Shown here in pieces: positions 1 to 235 of a stretch of DNA of 235 nt. The notes beneath the pieces were generated by a model, which was not told the DNA's origin, ran no database searches, and worked only from the letters and a program-made list of their open reading frames with translations. A program made the translations under genes and the position numbers. Origin of the DNA: Escherichia coli (GTDB lineage: Bacteria; Pseudomonadota; Gammaproteobacteria; Enterobacterales; Enterobacteriaceae); NCBI RefSeq assembly GCF_003334815.1, contig NZ_QOWO01000139.1; one strand, 5' to 3'. Within the stretch, counting starts at the first letter, position 1, and the number at the start of each line of letters is the position of its first letter.

Positions 1-90
1 AAGCGATACCGCTCTTACAGAGGAGAGGTAGGGCAAACCGCCCCTAATGTTCTCCAAAGAGATTTCAAGGCTACGCGCTGAGAGATCCCC

Positions 91-235
91 TCATAATTTC
101 CCCAAAGCGTAACCATGTGTGAATAAATTTTGAGCTAGTAGGGTTGCAGCCACGAGTAAGTCTTCCCTTGTTATTGTGTAGCCAGAATGCCGCAAAACTT
201 CCATGCCTAAGCGAACTGTTGAGAGTACGTTTCGA
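91..235 (-). CDS. Hypothetical protein, C-terminal fragment (partial ORF entering from right window edge; unverified)
   Basis: Minus-strand frame with codons at + positions 234..94 contains no stop for 47 codons and ends at TGA (reverse complement of tca at 91-93). Translation read from the sequence: RNVLSTVRLGMEVLRHSGYTITREDLLVAATLLAQNLFTHGYALGKL*. Composition is protein-like (Leu/Ala/Thr/Val-rich, no Trp/Cys). The only in-frame ATG in the window (+ 204..202) has no properly spaced Shine-Dalgarno motif, so a real gene would start upstream of the window. Against: an open run of 47 codons has roughly 10% chance per frame in random sequence, and a second minus frame (235..74, stop TAG at 73..71) is also open across this span. 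No family was recognised. Confidence 0.2.
   Translation of the reverse strand, partial: RNVLSTVRLGMEVLRHSGYTITREDLLVAATLLAQNLFTHGYALGKL

Noticed and set aside
19-28. Purine-rich agaggagagg containing a Shine-Dalgarno-like AGGAG (21-25).
   Set aside because: There is no ATG/GTG/TTG start 5-10 nt downstream; the nearest ATG (47-49) is 21 nt away and its frame hits a stop at 110-112 after 21 codons.
92-97. cataat, a 5/6 match to the sigma70 -10 consensus TATAAT on the + strand.
   Set aside because: There is no acceptable -35 element at 16-19 bp spacing (the best candidate, ttcaag at 64-69, matches 3/6 with a 22-bp spacer), and no ORF with an RBS follows on the + strand.
118-133. TGTGA (118-122), resembling a CRP half-site, followed 6 nt later by tttga.
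   Set aside because: The second half-site matches TCACA at only 2/5 positions, so this is not a credible CRP/FNR-type palindrome.
156-161. GTAAGT, a perfect eukaryotic 5' splice-donor consensus core (context cga|gtaagt).
   Set aside because: A single hexamer match has about 10% chance expectation in a window this size; there is no supporting exon context, branch point or acceptor, and the organism is unknown.
1-213. The pentamer aagcg occurs at 1-5, 105-109 and 209-213, with exactly 104-bp spacing, each followed by a similar W-W-acc-like context (aagcgatacc, aagcgtaacc, aagcgaactg).
   Set aside because: Aligning the 104-bp units position by position shows no similarity beyond the first ~10 bases, so this is not a tandem repeat. 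Recurrence of a short k-mer at this level is expected by chance in 235 bp.
203-235. + strand ATG at 203-205 opening a frame that runs off the right edge (MPKRTVESTFR...).
   Set aside because: Only 11 codons are visible, there is no Shine-Dalgarno upstream, and it overlaps the more extended minus-strand open frames. It cannot be evaluated without downstream sequence.
1-235. Searched by eye for tRNA-like T-loop motifs (GTTCRANYC), CRISPR-like repeats, terminal inverted repeats, and direct repeats of 8 bp or longer.
   Set aside because: None were found. The longest exact repeats are 6-mers (tgagag at 79-84 and 220-225; ccaaag at 54-59 and 102-107; aagcga at 1-6 and 209-214), which is consistent with chance.

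Overview
I found no well-supported feature and no evidence of a novel biological system in this 235-bp window. Base composition is nearly uniform (A 66, C 56, G 55, T 58; about 47% GC), CpG and TpA are close to their expected counts, and stop-codon density on both strands is near random expectation (14 on +, 8 on -, expected about 11 each). The only candidate gene feature is a minus-strand open frame that enters from the right edge and ends at a TGA at 93..91; a second minus-strand frame is open over almost the same span, so the coding call is weak. No tRNA/rRNA-like structure, CRISPR repeats, long direct or inverted repeats, or convincing promoter, RBS or terminator were found. I did not recognise either translation as a known protein family. 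The window is best treated as either a gene 3' end plus intergenic spacer of unknown origin, or non-coding/random-like sequence; homology searches are needed to decide.
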